Positions 62,332 through 64,000 of a stretch of DNA of 64,000 nucleotides are shown here, one piece after another. Under the pieces are notes generated by a model that saw only the letters and a list, made by a program, of their open reading frames with translations, searched no databases and was not told the origin of the DNA. Each line of letters starts with the position of its first letter. The first letter of the stretch is position 1. Origin of the DNA: Phoronis australis (taxonomy: Eukaryota > Animalia > Phoronida); assembly GCA_002633005.1 (NCBI GenBank), contig NMRA01000094.1, positions 866,159 to 930,158 of the forward strand, read 5' to 3'. The position numbers were made by a program, and so were the translations under genes.

Positions 62332-62384
<53 letters not shown>

Positions 62385-62386
62385 AG
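62310..62386. repeat. (CA)n microsatellite
   Basis: Directly visible. Confidence 0.98.
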
Positions 62387-62819
62387 ATATGTGGTCAAAC
62401 ATTGTCGTCATCCTGGGGAGTTGTATGGCTATTCAAGTGTTGGATCTTGATGAAAGTTGGTTCAGAGGTGTAAGGTATCACTGCAACGGTGATTGCCACT
62501 TCTCAATATGCCCTGGCCCCCAGGGCCGGAGGGTCGGAGAGAAGAGCATTCTCAGGTGATATCTAGAGAACCCATGGATGCTTTTCGTTGAATCTTGTCA
62601 CAGAGCTACGTATTGATAATGCACTGATACCAATCAATTTTTGGGAAGATTTGAACACTGCCGCTTTCCGTAGGGGTGTTCTTTTTCTCAATAAGGATCT
62701 TTTTCAGTACTTTTGAGTGGAAGAGCATTTTTGGATGATGTCTAATTCTCAATTTCAATGAAACTTGACATTGCATTGGCATTTTCAACTACTGCAGTAT
62801 GATCTGCTAGCGGCCATTT

Positions 62820-63160
62820 AGTCCAGCTGTTCTATTGTCTGGCCGTTCTGTTGTCCGGACATTCTTTAGCCAGGCCGTTTTGTCCGTTCTGTTGTCCGTC
62901 CGTTCTGTTGTCCAGCCGTTCTGTTGTCCGACCGTTGTGTTGTCCGACCGTTCTGTTGTCCGGCCGTTCTGTTGTCCGGCGGTTCTGTTGCCCGGCCATT
63001 CTGTTGTCTGGCCATTCTCTTGTCCGGTCGTTCTGGTGTCCGGCTGTGCTGTTGTCCGGTCGTTCTCTTGTCCGGCTGTTCTGTTGTCCAGTTGTCTGCT
63101 CAATACCTCAAAAAACTCTCCATCGTATTTTGATGAAATTTGGTACAAAGGGGTAGGGTT
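62820..63160 (+). repeat. ~16-17-bp repeat (CCGTTCTGTTGTCCGG)n, probably the head of another HINE-type element
   Basis: Repeat followed by ...tttgatgaaatttggtac, similar to HINE cores. Confidence 0.75.
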
Positions 63161-63364
63161 CCAATAGAACGGTGCCTGCCACTGGGTTTATACCAGTAGT
63201 TCTTCCATGTTAATAACACACATGTTCTGTGGTGTTGTCACATGACACTAGAAGTAAAACCTGGTCCCAGATATCTGTGTTTTGTGGTCTTTATAATGGT
63301 GCTGACAGCAAACTGCACTAGCTCACGTCATGAATGTGAATGACTGAGTGCTTCCTGTGTTGTA

Positions 63365-64000
63365 CGGTAAAGTCGCGTGATTTTCGGACGGCCCGCCATT
63401 TTCGACCAAGAATAAATATTTCCGAAATGAGTTTTTCATAGTCCACGAAATTCGTACAAGGTCCAAAAACTGTTTTTCAAAGATCCTCGAATTTCGGACA
63501 TTGTCATAAACATCGGAATTTTGTCCCGCGACTTTCGGACAAGGAAATTTTTAGAAACGGTAATTTGGGATCGACGCAACTCCCGCATCACTAAAGCGTT
63601 CAACGGATGATTACTAGTGTATAAGGCTCGAGTCCGAGAATCGGTATAACGGGTTTGTAATTTTTACCTTGTCTTGACGATGTCACGACCGTTACTCGAT
63701 TGTCTTGCGTTTAGCTTGTGTTTGGCGCTTTAGCTACGAAAAGAATCACCGAGTTCCGCATAACGAAAATTTCTGATGAAAATACAAATAGGAAATACAC
63801 CGAAGGCTGCAACTTTTCGTTGTAGCGTAACATGTGCTCTGGTTTAAATAGGCCGTGCTGTTCGACTCCCGACTGTGACATTGAACATGCACGCCTGACA
63901 TCAACTTGCGTGTTTACGAAACGTTTTTATTTTAAAACGTCCTGGCCTTTGCAAATGCCCAACTATCGCCGGACAATAAGTTTTGCTGCCACTTACCTGC
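63365..64000. mobile_element. End of a TA-flanked CpG-rich DNA transposon (Tc1/mariner-pogo type), runs off window
   Basis: TA|CGGTAAAGTCG start with repeated TTTCGGAC subterminal motifs. Confidence 0.5.

Overview
Intron-rich, repeat-rich animal (invertebrate-like) genomic DNA with two long assembly gaps and several single-N contig joins. It holds two paralogous ABCB1/P-glycoprotein (MDR) genes arranged head-to-head about 23 kb apart. Gene A is on the - strand: 8 coding exons from the ATG at 10511, running off the left edge. Gene B is on the + strand: 20 coding exons from the ATG at 33533, 872 codons in frame, covering TMD1, an intact NBD1, the linker and part of TMD2, and running off the right edge. 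Hand alignment shows alternating exon identity between the paralogs (about 74/98/84/97/81/94/84% for coding exons 2-8), which suggests patchy gene conversion. Several introns carry tandem duplications that copy splice sites. The intergenic region and introns hold a decayed Ngaro/DIRS-type tyrosine-recombinase retroelement, LINE fragments, a solo LTR, nested DNA transposons (a 9-bp-TSD element inside a Harbinger-like MITE, a tandem TTAA element, a HIRAN-bearing TA element) and a Helentron/HINE-like family carrying arrays of CTCF-consensus motifs. All calls come from manual reading; no searches were run.
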